Origin: Bacteroidia bacterium
GTDB lineage: Bacteria > Bacteroidota > Bacteroidia > NS11-12g > UBA9320
Direction: 5' to 3'
Length of the DNA stretch: 64,000 nucleotides
Assembly: GCA_017640445.1 (NCBI GenBank)
Contig: JAEPQQ010000003.1
Span: forward strand, 42,543 to 106,542
Below the pieces are notes generated by a model. That model was not told the DNA's origin, did not search any database, and was given only the letters and a program-made list of their open reading frames with translations. Position 1 is the first letter of the stretch. Each line of letters opens with the position of its first letter. Shown here piece by piece: positions 30,169 to 39,180 of this stretch. A program made the translations under genes and the position numbers.

Positions 30169-31269
30169 ATGAAACTTCGAAAGATAACACAACTCCTAAC
30201 TGAAATAGCTCCTCTGAGTCTTCAGGAAAGCTATGACAATGCCGGATTGATTGTAGGAAAAAACAACTGGGAAATCTCTGGCATCCTCGTTTGCCTTGAT
30301 GCGACAGAAGAAGTACTGGACGAGGCGATGGAAAACAACTGCAATCTGGTGATAGCCCACCACCCGATTGTCTTTAAAGGCTTGAAACAATTCAATGGTA
30401 AGAATTACGTAGAACGTGTAGTGATCAAAGCCATCAAAAACGACATTGCGATTTATGCCATTCACACCAACCTCGACAATGTTCTTCATAATGGTGTGAA
30501 TCAAAAAATTGCTGAAAAGCTTGGACTTTCGGGGCTTGAAATTCTTCAACGCCGGCCGAGCGATCTCCTTAAACTGGTGACTTATGTTCCCAAAGACAAT
30601 CTGAAGGAAGTTCGTGAGGCGCTTTTTGATGCTGGAGGAGGTCACATTGGCAACTACGACAAGTGCAGTTTTTCGAGCATGGGTACAGGCACCTTCAGGG
30701 CCGGAGAAAATGCAGACCCTCACGTTGGAAAGAAAGGAAACATGCATCAGGAATCTGAATCCCGACTTGAATTGGTTTTACCAAGACACAAACAGGTCTC
30801 TGTGGTGAATGCGCTGCTCAAGGCTCATCCGTATGAAGAAGTAGCATACGACTTATTGGAGCTCCAGAACAAGTCGACTCTCACCGGTGCTGGTGTGGTT
30901 GGCGAGCTTCCGGAAGCACTGAAGAAGGATGACTTTTTGGCCCACCTTAAAACCAGCATGCAGGCTCATGTGGTGAAGTATACGCACAGCGAACGGGATG
31001 TGATCAAACGCGTTGCCGTTTGCGGGGGATCCGGAAGCTTCCTCATTCACGCCGCAAGAAGCTCAGGGGCAGACGCTTACGTCACGTCCGACATAAAATA
31101 TCACGAGTTCTTTGACGGAGAAAATGACTTGATGATATGCGACATCGGACATTATGAAAGTGAGCAATTTACAATCGAGTTATTAGGAGACTTTTTATCG
31201 GAAAAAATCCCTAATTTTGCAGTCATTTTCACGAAAACGGTTACAAACCCGGTTAGATATTTTTATTAA
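30169..31269 (+). CDS. Nif3-like dinuclear metal-centre protein
   Basis: YDNAGL, AHHP, HTNLD, HPYEEVAYD, CGGSG, GHYESE. Confidence 0.9.
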   Translation: MKLRKITQLLTEIAPLSLQESYDNAGLIVGKNNWEISGILVCLDATEEVLDEAMENNCNLVIAHHPIVFKGLKQFNGKNYVERVVIKAIKNDIAIYAIHTNLDNVLHNGVNQKIAEKLGLSGLEILQRRPSDLLKLVTYVPKDNLKEVREALFDAGGGHIGNYDKCSFSSMGTGTFRAGENADPHVGKKGNMHQESESRLELVLPRHKQVSVVNALLKAHPYEEVAYDLLELQNKSTLTGAGVVGELPEALKKDDFLAHLKTSMQAHVVKYTHSERDVIKRVAVCGGSGSFLIHAARSSGADAYVTSDIKYHEFFDGENDLMICDIGHYESEQFTIELLGDFLSEKIPNFAVIFTKTVTNPVRYFY

Positions 31270-31280
31270 AATATTCATTC

Positions 31281-32060
31281 ATGGCATCAATAGAAGAAAA
31301 ACTTCAAGGTTTATGGAATCTCCAAACCATCGATAAAAGACTAGACGACCTACAAGCTATTCGGGGAGAGCTTCCAATGGAAGTAGCAGATTTGGAAGAT
31401 GAGATTGCAGGTTTGCAAACACGTCTTGAAAACTTTGAACAAGAAATCACCGACTTTGAGTCTGGGATAACCGGTAACAAGGAAAAAATCAGCCAGGCAC
31501 AACAACTAAGCAAGCGTTACAACGAGCAGTTGAACAAAGTAAAAAACAACCGTGAGTACGATGCCTTGAATAAGGAAATTGAGATACAGGGACTTGAGGT
31601 GCTTGCCGCTGAGAAAAAGATTGGTGAACTTCAGAACAGCATTCAACTTAAAAAGGAACTGATCGAAGAAGTAAAACAAGATCTTGAAGGCCGTAACATT
31701 GATCTCGAAAACAAGAAAAAAGAGCTTGAAGAGATCACTTCTGAAACCGAAAAAGAAGAAGGAAAAATAGCCAAAGACCGTGACAAGGCGCTTAAAGTAG
31801 CAGACGACAAGTTACTCAAGGCGTACGAGCGAATCCGCAAAAGCGTTTTCAATGGTTTGGCAGTTGCTCCGGTATTAAGAGGTTCGTGTGGTGGTTGTTT
31901 CGCCAAGATTCCACCTCAGCTTCAATCTGACATTCGTCAACGTAAGAAAATCGTTATTTGCGAACACTGCGGTCGTATCAATGTGGATGCAGAGATGGCA
32001 GGAATTGTTGAAGAAGTGGTTGAAGAAAAGCCAAAATCAAGAAGAAGACGTAAGGCTTAA
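31281..32060 (+). CDS. Coiled-coil protein with C4 zinc ribbon (usual Nif3 neighbour)
   Basis: LQTID, NNREY.AL.KEIE, CGGC...CEHCGRI. Confidence 0.88.
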   Translation: MASIEEKLQGLWNLQTIDKRLDDLQAIRGELPMEVADLEDEIAGLQTRLENFEQEITDFESGITGNKEKISQAQQLSKRYNEQLNKVKNNREYDALNKEIEIQGLEVLAAEKKIGELQNSIQLKKELIEEVKQDLEGRNIDLENKKKELEEITSETEKEEGKIAKDRDKALKVADDKLLKAYERIRKSVFNGLAVAPVLRGSCGGCFAKIPPQLQSDIRQRKKIVICEHCGRINVDAEMAGIVEEVVEEKPKSRRRRKA

Positions 32061-32120
32061 TAACATCCGCCTTTTACCTTTTTTATCTTTTCCTAATGGA
32101 CAAGTAATACTTTTGTCCTG

Positions 32121-33614
32121 ATGCGTTTCTTAAAACACGCTTTATTTTTCGTTTCTCTGTTTGCGTTGGTTACCAATGGTACCGCCCAAACGATTGACTT
32201 CTCACCATCGTGCCTTCAGGCACAGGAATACATCTATCAACTTCGGTTGAAAGAAAGTTCCACGCTTTTGGAGAAAGCCTCAGTTGAAGAAAAAGATAAT
32301 GTTGTAGTCGACTACCTAAAAGTAGTGTCATCCATGTTGGACTATGTTACCTCAGAGAACAATTCAACGTTCATTCGATTTATGGTTGTTCGGGATTTGG
32401 CCATTGACCGCATCAAAAAATGTGATGACCACAACGGATACAAAGACTTCCTTCTGGAGGAAATCTATTTCTACTCTTCGGTGGCCAATGGAAAAAAGAA
32501 CAAGGCGGTTGCAGCAGCGAATGACGTACGAAATGCCTACAACCATGGCAGTGCGGTATTAAAGAACTACCCATCTTTTACCGCCGCAAAAAAAACCATG
32601 GGCCTGCTTCAGTCTGGGTTCGGAAGCTTACCTAATTCGTATCAGAGAATGGTTCGGTTTCTTGGCTATGAGAGCAATATGAATCAAGGAATCGGTATGC
32701 TGGAGGACTTTATAAATGACAAAAATGTTCCCGACGAATGGTCACTCATGCAAAAAGAGGCCGCCTTCTACCTGGCTTCCATCAATTTGTATTTAAAGAA
32801 TGACAAAACCACGGCCTGGAATCAAATAAACGCCCTAACCTCCGACTATCGAAGTAATCCACTGAGTGCCTTTGCCCGCGTAAACTTTGCCGACAAATGC
32901 AAAAAAAACGAGGAAGTAATCAAGACCATTCGCGGGCTACCCACTGACAACCGATATCAAACCATTCCTTTCTTATGGTTTATGATGGGTAAAGCCAAAC
33001 TTCAACGACTCGACAAAGATGCCAACTCTTATTTGACGCGCTTCGTAAACGAAACCGAAGGTGAGAGCTATTTAAAAAGTTGCTATCAGAAACTCTCCTG
33101 GCACGCACTGATCCAAGGCAACGAAGCCAAGTACAAGGAATACAAGTCCAAGATTCTTTCGTGCGGAAGCACCGGACTTGAGGAAGATGCTCAAGCACAA
33201 AAGTTTGCTAAAGAAGTGCAGGCACCGAACCTACAGCTTCTAAAAACCCGTATGTTGTATGATGGAGGATATTACAAACTCGCATTGGACATTATACGTC
33301 CTCTTAAATCCAGGAACTTCGAAACCAATATCCTCAAAACGGAGTATTCATATCGAAAAGCGAGGATATACGATGCCCTTGGAAGGGAAGACATCGCCAC
33401 CGCCTTTTACAAAGGGGCAATTGAGAGAGGAAAGACATTGAATGCCTATTATGCATCGTACTCTGCTCTTTATCTGGCAGAGATGTACGAAAGCAATGAA
33501 CAAATTAACGAGGCCAGGCATTACTTTAAAATGGCCACAACGTTCTCTGCCAATAAACAATATAAAAAAAGCATCGAACACAGGGCCAAAAGTGGGTTAA
33601 ACCGCACTAAATAG
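32121..33614 (+). CDS. Exported TPR-like protein
   Basis: Signal peptide; helical repeats; LYDGGYY and YRKARIY motifs. Confidence 0.6.
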   Translation: MRFLKHALFFVSLFALVTNGTAQTIDFSPSCLQAQEYIYQLRLKESSTLLEKASVEEKDNVVVDYLKVVSSMLDYVTSENNSTFIRFMVVRDLAIDRIKKCDDHNGYKDFLLEEIYFYSSVANGKKNKAVAAANDVRNAYNHGSAVLKNYPSFTAAKKTMGLLQSGFGSLPNSYQRMVRFLGYESNMNQGIGMLEDFINDKNVPDEWSLMQKEAAFYLASINLYLKNDKTTAWNQINALTSDYRSNPLSAFARVNFADKCKKNEEVIKTIRGLPTDNRYQTIPFLWFMMGKAKLQRLDKDANSYLTRFVNETEGESYLKSCYQKLSWHALIQGNEAKYKEYKSKILSCGSTGLEEDAQAQKFAKEVQAPNLQLLKTRMLYDGGYYKLALDIIRPLKSRNFETNILKTEYSYRKARIYDALGREDIATAFYKGAIERGKTLNAYYASYSALYLAEMYESNEQINEARHYFKMATTFSANKQYKKSIEHRAKSGLNRTK

Positions 33615-33644
33615 GTTTCATAATTCTACCTTATTTTTGACGAC

Positions 33645-34205
33645 TTGAACATCACACGAGTACTTCTGGTTATAATGGTTATTTCGGGATGTTCGCGGCA
33701 GCCTTCACTTCCGGGAAACACCTCAACATTTGTCGATATAAGTGAATTTACTTCCTCCGAACTAAACTGGCTTACATCGGAACAACCAGACTTATTAAAA
33801 CGGTCTAACTGGCAAGGTACCTCGAAAACGGACACATTGAACCATGTTGACTGGGAAAAAGAGCTATACCCTTTTCTGGAACTGAACATAAAACCAACGG
33901 TGTGGAGCACTGATTTCACGTTGTCTGACTCTATGGTTTTTGACAACAAGATCATTCGAACCTATCGAACCACCAACCCGCGGCAAAGAGTAAAAGAGTT
34001 TCAGATCACCACCTTGATGGCCGATGGGTCGATCGAACGGCTGGAAGCTACCATCGAGGACCATACCCGCCTTACTTCCTCAAACCAACAAATCAGTCTT
34101 ACCCGTGGTGTAGGCTACAGTTTAGCCGGGCTTCGAAAAACGAAAATGCTCGGAAATGAAGATTACCAACTAATCGGACAATATCTAACAAAAAACAACG
34201 ACTAA
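33645..34205 (+). CDS. Hypothetical lipoprotein
   Basis: Lipobox-like ISGC; fills the gap before fabD on the same strand. Confidence 0.55.
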   Translation: MNITRVLLVIMVISGCSRQPSLPGNTSTFVDISEFTSSELNWLTSEQPDLLKRSNWQGTSKTDTLNHVDWEKELYPFLELNIKPTVWSTDFTLSDSMVFDNKIIRTYRTTNPRQRVKEFQITTLMADGSIERLEATIEDHTRLTSSNQQISLTRGVGYSLAGLRKTKMLGNEDYQLIGQYLTKNND

Positions 34206-34220
34206 TAATAGATTATCACA

Positions 34221-35102
34221 ATGACAAAGGCTTACGTTTTTCCTGGACAAGGAGCGCAATTCCCGGGAATGGGAAAAGAACTTTACGAATCGAATGCAGA
34301 GGCTAAGGCTTTATTCGAACAGGCCAATGCTATACTTGGTTTTGACATTACCGATGTTATGTTTAACGGAACACCGGAAGATCTGAAGCAAACCAAGATT
34401 ACCCAACCCGCTGTTTTTCTTCATTCGGTTGTATTGGCCAAGACCATGGATGATTTCGAACCTGCCATGGTGGCGGGCCACTCACTTGGAGAGATTTCGG
34501 CTCTGGTTGCGGCTGACGCATTGAGCTTTGAGGATGGACTTAAGCTGGTAAGTATACGAGCCATGGCTATGCAAAAAGCCTGTGAACAAAATCCTTCTAC
34601 CATGGCGGCCATTCTGGGCCTTGACGACGCAGTTGTGGAAGAAACTTGTAATGGTATATCCGCCGAAACAGTGGTTGCAGCGAATTACAACTGCCCTGGT
34701 CAATTGGTCATCTCTGGCAGCAATGAAGGAGTAAAACAGGCTTGTGAGCTTCTGCTTGAAAAAGGTGCCAAGCGTGCACTCCCCCTTCCTGTGGGTGGCG
34801 CTTTCCATTCACCCTTAATGGAACCAGCACGGGAAGAACTGGCCGAAGCCATTGCAAAAGCTACTTTCAATACGCCTAAATGTCCTGTTTATCAAAACGT
34901 ATCAACGCAAGGAGAAACAGACCCTCAAACGATCAAAGACAATTTGGTTGCACAGTTAACGGCCCCTGTTAAATGGACCCAAAGTGTACAGAACATGATG
35001 GCAGCTGGTGCTACCAAGTTTGTTGAAGTTGGTCCGGGTCGCGCTTTGCAAGGCATGGTAAAGAAGATCGACCGTGCAACTCAAGTAAGCGGTATTAGCT
35101 AG
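34221..35102 (+). CDS. fabD: Malonyl CoA-ACP transacylase
   Basis: FPGQGAQ, TQPA, GHSLGE, GAFHS, EVGPG. Confidence 0.96.
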   Translation: MTKAYVFPGQGAQFPGMGKELYESNAEAKALFEQANAILGFDITDVMFNGTPEDLKQTKITQPAVFLHSVVLAKTMDDFEPAMVAGHSLGEISALVAADALSFEDGLKLVSIRAMAMQKACEQNPSTMAAILGLDDAVVEETCNGISAETVVAANYNCPGQLVISGSNEGVKQACELLLEKGAKRALPLPVGGAFHSPLMEPAREELAEAIAKATFNTPKCPVYQNVSTQGETDPQTIKDNLVAQLTAPVKWTQSVQNMMAAGATKFVEVGPGRALQGMVKKIDRATQVSGIS

Positions 35103-35105
35103 GGT

Positions 35106-35747
35106 TTACAGAACACCAAATACTTCGTTCCAGGCGTGCCTTCCCAAAACGGTGTAAAAAAAGAAGGCACCTAACCATCCGTGATACACGCCCATCACTA
35201 CAAGGTTACGTCCTTGGTGAAACAGGTGGGTATATACCAATGCGAGAAGGAAGGTACCGTAAACGAGGTGGATGTAAGGGTAATGTGCCACTGCAAAAAT
35301 GACGGCGGTTAGCAGTACCACTAGCACATGGGGCACCTTTTGGTTTCGAAGACCGCTGGAAAGGATGCCGATTACTATGAATTGTTGAACAATTCCCCAA
35401 ATCGGATAGATTAGAAGAATCGGGATTATTGTCCAATCCACCATCAGGGTGTTTTGATAGTGGCCAATGATGAAAAAAATTCCAATGGCTAAAACAGCTA
35501 TTGGAAGAAGCTGAAGGAAGGTTCGCTTCGCTCCCTTGAGGTGCAGCCCCCATTGCTCCAACATACCCGGTGTTTTAGTTGTGCGAATGGCTACGTATAC
35601 GATCCAGAAAATACAGGCAGATGCGATGTAAACGAATCGCAAATCCAGCCAATCCATCAATATAAACTTGGCTATGCCGGTGAGAACAACGGCGAGGATC
35701 TCTATTCGTTCTGATTTGCTGGTAGCATTATTTGTAGCAGCACCCAT
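35106..35747 (-). CDS. CPBP/Abi-family intramembrane protein
   Basis: Polytopic; FAVAH and later H motifs. The canonical EE motif appears as QQ (WGIVQQF). Confidence 0.6.
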   Translation of the reverse strand: MGAATNNATSKSERIEILAVVLTGIAKFILMDWLDLRFVYIASACIFWIVYVAIRTTKTPGMLEQWGLHLKGAKRTFLQLLPIAVLAIGIFFIIGHYQNTLMVDWTIIPILLIYPIWGIVQQFIVIGILSSGLRNQKVPHVLVVLLTAVIFAVAHYPYIHLVYGTFLLALVYTHLFHQGRNLVVMGVYHGWLGAFFFYTVLGRHAWNEVFGVL

Positions 35748-35756
35748 CCACCAATC

Positions 35757-36038
35757 TTATTCCTCCTTGAGTAGAAACAAGTCTTCATTAGGGCGTTTCA
35801 TTAGAAACTGCTCCCGGGCGTATCGCTCGAGCATTTCTTCATCGGTATTCAGCGCTTCACGCTGTTCTTTCAGCAATTGAATCTCCTTTTCGTAAAAGGT
35901 CTTTTCCTTTTCAAGCTCTTCAATTTGCTTTCCAAGTTTATACTGATATACGAAGTTGTTTTGGTCAAAAAACGTAAGCCAGATGGCCAGGGCTGCGAAA
36001 ACCAGCACATATCTGTTTTTATACCACGGACTTGACAT
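35757..36038 (-). CDS. FtsB/DivIC septum formation initiator family protein
   Basis: TM helix, coiled coil, ERYAREQFLMKRPNEDLF. Confidence 0.85.
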   Translation of the reverse strand: MSSPWYKNRYVLVFAALAIWLTFFDQNNFVYQYKLGKQIEELEKEKTFYEKEIQLLKEQREALNTDEEMLERYAREQFLMKRPNEDLFLLKEE

Positions 36039-36104
36039 AGAACAAAGTTAATGGAAGTTGGTTGTTCGTTTACACTGGGTAATGAACACGAACAAAAAAA
36101 TGTC

Positions 36105-37637
36105 CTATTGCGGTGAAACCAGGGATGTAGAAGCAGATTCCATTCGGTTCACTACTCTTTCCTGACCCAACAGCTCAATCATTTCCCAGATGGGAGGACC
36201 TCCGGCTTTTCCACTCACAGAAAGTCTTAAAGGCTGCATTAACCCTCCTGGCGACACCTCATTCTCTTCAGCAAAAGCTTTAAAGCTTGACTCAAGTGAC
36301 TCCGCGTTAAACGATGTCAAATCCTTCCAGGTGGAAGCCAGTTTTCCGATCAAAGCAGGAATTTCACCTTTCCACTTTTTACGGAGTACTTTCTCATCGT
36401 AATTGGTTGGCTCGGTAAAGAAAAAATCGCCAGCTTCCAGTATCTCGTGTGTAAAGTTGACTTTTTCCTTGATCAGATTTACAACCGAAGTAGTGTATTC
36501 GGTGTCGTTCTTCCAACCTCTTCTTTCCAACTCCGGAGCCAGGTCGTTCGCAATTACCTCGTTGTTTTTTGCTTGTAAATAGCGGTTATTGAACCACTTT
36601 GCTTTGTCTGCGTCAAACTTTGCACCGCTCTTAGAAACTTTTTCAATGCTAAACGCCTCTATCAATTCGGTAAGGTCGAATAATTCCCGATTATCAGACG
36701 GATGCCATCCAAGCAGGGCCAACATATTAAGAACCGCTTCTGGCAGGTATCCATCTTCCCTGTAACCCGAACTTATTTCTCCCGATGCAGGATCGGTCCA
36801 CTGCAGAGGAAAAACGGGAAAGCCCAATCGGTCGCCATCTCGTTTACTTAATTTACCTTTTCCATCAGGCTTCAGCAACAATGAAAGGTGGGCAAACTTG
36901 GGCATGGTTTCTTCCCATCCAAGGTATCGATATAAAAGTACGTGCAGGGGTGCAGAAGGAAGCCACTCCTCTCCTCGAATAACGTGTGAGATTTCCATGA
37001 TGTGATCATCTACAACGTTCGCCAGGTGATAGGTTGGCAGGCCATCTTGTTTCAACAAAACCTTGTCATCCATCTGGCTGGTATGCACCACTACCCATCC
37101 TCTCACCTCATCGTGAAAGCGAACTTCTTCTTTCCGTGGCAGTTTGATTCTTACCACATAAGGGTCTCCGTTATCGAGTCGTTTTTGTACTTCATCCTCA
37201 CTTAAACTCAACGAGTTCTTCATACTCATCCTCGAACTTGCATCGTACTTAGCCGGCATTCGCGCAGCTTCTAACTTTGCTCGCATTTCGTTCAACTCGT
37301 CGCTGGTATCAAATGCATAATACGCGTATCCAGATGCGATCAATTGATCAGCATACTGTTTGTACATGTCCATTCGCTCACTTTGTCGATAGGGCGTATG
37401 ATCTCCACCCTCACGAACTCCTTCATTGGGGCTAATGCCTAACCAGGCAAGAGCTTCGTTAATGTAATCTTCTGCTCCGGGCACAAACCTTTTTTGGTCG
37501 GTATCCTCAATACGAAGGATAAAATCGCCACCGTGTTTCTTGGCAAACAGGTAGTTAAACAGGGCCGTGCGCACTCCTCCAATGTGGAGTGGGCCTGTAG
37601 GGCTTGGGGCAAATCGAACGCGTACTTTTCTTTCCAT
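36105..37637 (-). CDS. gltX: Glutamate--tRNA ligase
   Basis: RFAPSPTGPLHIGG (HIGH), RIEDTD, KLSKR (KMSKS). Confidence 0.97.
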   Translation of the reverse strand: MERKVRVRFAPSPTGPLHIGGVRTALFNYLFAKKHGGDFILRIEDTDQKRFVPGAEDYINEALAWLGISPNEGVREGGDHTPYRQSERMDMYKQYADQLIASGYAYYAFDTSDELNEMRAKLEAARMPAKYDASSRMSMKNSLSLSEDEVQKRLDNGDPYVVRIKLPRKEEVRFHDEVRGWVVVHTSQMDDKVLLKQDGLPTYHLANVVDDHIMEISHVIRGEEWLPSAPLHVLLYRYLGWEETMPKFAHLSLLLKPDGKGKLSKRDGDRLGFPVFPLQWTDPASGEISSGYREDGYLPEAVLNMLALLGWHPSDNRELFDLTELIEAFSIEKVSKSGAKFDADKAKWFNNRYLQAKNNEVIANDLAPELERRGWKNDTEYTTSVVNLIKEKVNFTHEILEAGDFFFTEPTNYDEKVLRKKWKGEIPALIGKLASTWKDLTSFNAESLESSFKAFAEENEVSPGGLMQPLRLSVSGKAGGPPIWEMIELLGQERVVNRMESASTSLVSPQ

Positions 37638-37742
37638 GTGTAAAAAACAGGCGCAAAGATAGTGGATTGGCCTTGTCTGAGAAAAGCATTCTTCAGCTGT
37701 AAAATCCAGAAATTTTATACCTTTGTTTTGGTCAACACCTCT

Positions 37743-39005
37743 ATGGAATACCCCTATCTGGTTATTTTATTCATGCTGCTTCTGTCAGCATTCTTTTCAG
37801 GCTTGGAAATTGCCTTTTTATCTGCCAATAAACTTCGGATCGAGCTTAAGAGCAATCAGGGGGTCGGATGGGCTAAAATATGTGCGCGATACATAAAAGC
37901 GCCTTCCAAGTTCATCAGTACAATTCTGGTTGGGAACAACATTGCCATTGTTATTTATGGTTTGGCCATGGAACAGGTCTTACGGGAAAGTCTTTTAGAC
38001 GGGCTCGGATTAAAAGACTTTGGCGAAATGATACTGGTGACTCTGGCTTCCACACTAGTGGTTTTAGTTATCGCCGAATTCATGCCAAAAACCCTGTTTA
38101 GGATCAATCCAACCGGCATTCTGAGTATCCTCATATACCCATTTCAATTCTTCGCAAAACTTTTATACCCGGTGGTTCGATTTGCCTTGTGGTTGGCTAA
38201 GCGCATCCTTCGAGTTGTGCTAAAAAAAGAGTTTACCGAAGAGAGTCCAACCTTCAGTCGACTCGACCTGGATCACTACATCACGGAAAGTCAAAAACAC
38301 AAAAACGAAGACGATCGCGACGTAGATACAGACATTCTGAAAAATGCGCTCGATTTTGGTTCGGTTCAGATTCGTGACTGTATGGTTCCAAGAACGGCTA
38401 TAAAGGCGGTTGACCTGGAGTGTACTGTAGATGAATTACTTGCCATTTTTATGGAAACCGGCCATAGCAAGATTCTGGTGTACCGCGAAACCATAGACAA
38501 CATTATTGGATACGTTCACCACATAGACCTGTTTAAAGAACCTAAAACGGTAAGTTCCATCCTGATCCCGATTCTGATCACAAACGAATCGAAGTTAGCC
38601 AACGATATGCTCAACGATTTCACCATCAATCGGAAAAGCATTGCAGTAGTGGTAGACGAGTTTGGTGGAACTGCGGGAATCGTAACAGCCGAAGACATCA
38701 TTGAGGAAATTTTCGGGGAAATTGAAGATGAGCACGACGATCATGATAATACGGTAGAACGTAAAATTAGTGATCTGGAATACGAACTCTCCGCCTCTCT
38801 TGAAGTGGATTATCTGAACGAAAAGTACAACTTAAACCTGCCGGAAGGTGATTACGAGACTCTTGGGGGTTACATCATCAACCAACACGAAAGCATACCG
38901 GAAGAGGGAGACACCATTGACCTCGGTCGCTTTGTGTTTACCATTCTCCACTCCATGAACCACCGTATAGAAACGGTACATCTCAAGATTGACACCAGCG
39001 AATAG
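37743..39005 (+). CDS. Hemolysin-family CNNM/CBS/CorC protein
   Basis: SAFFSG.EIA, TILVGNN, EFMPK, MVPR, VDEFGGTAGIVT.EDIIEEIFGEIEDEHD, YETLGG. Confidence 0.9.
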   Translation: MEYPYLVILFMLLLSAFFSGLEIAFLSANKLRIELKSNQGVGWAKICARYIKAPSKFISTILVGNNIAIVIYGLAMEQVLRESLLDGLGLKDFGEMILVTLASTLVVLVIAEFMPKTLFRINPTGILSILIYPFQFFAKLLYPVVRFALWLAKRILRVVLKKEFTEESPTFSRLDLDHYITESQKHKNEDDRDVDTDILKNALDFGSVQIRDCMVPRTAIKAVDLECTVDELLAIFMETGHSKILVYRETIDNIIGYVHHIDLFKEPKTVSSILIPILITNESKLANDMLNDFTINRKSIAVVVDEFGGTAGIVTAEDIIEEIFGEIEDEHDDHDNTVERKISDLEYELSASLEVDYLNEKYNLNLPEGDYETLGGYIINQHESIPEEGDTIDLGRFVFTILHSMNHRIETVHLKIDTSE

Positions 39006-39180
39006 CCTTTCGTCGAGTATTTCCTTTGACTTTGGCTATTATCGACTAAGATCCCCACAACCAGCAGGTTAACTCTTAAAACCATTCGCATAGAAAGTCG
39101 AACTCTTTGACATAAACAAGTCAATTTCTATTAACGATACAACGTCGGCATACGTTTTAGCTATCTTAGTAGCGACCCAC

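Noticed and set aside
35106-35747. CPBP/Abi protein as an abortive-infection gene
   Set aside because: The name refers to a broad intramembrane protease family; it sits in housekeeping context.
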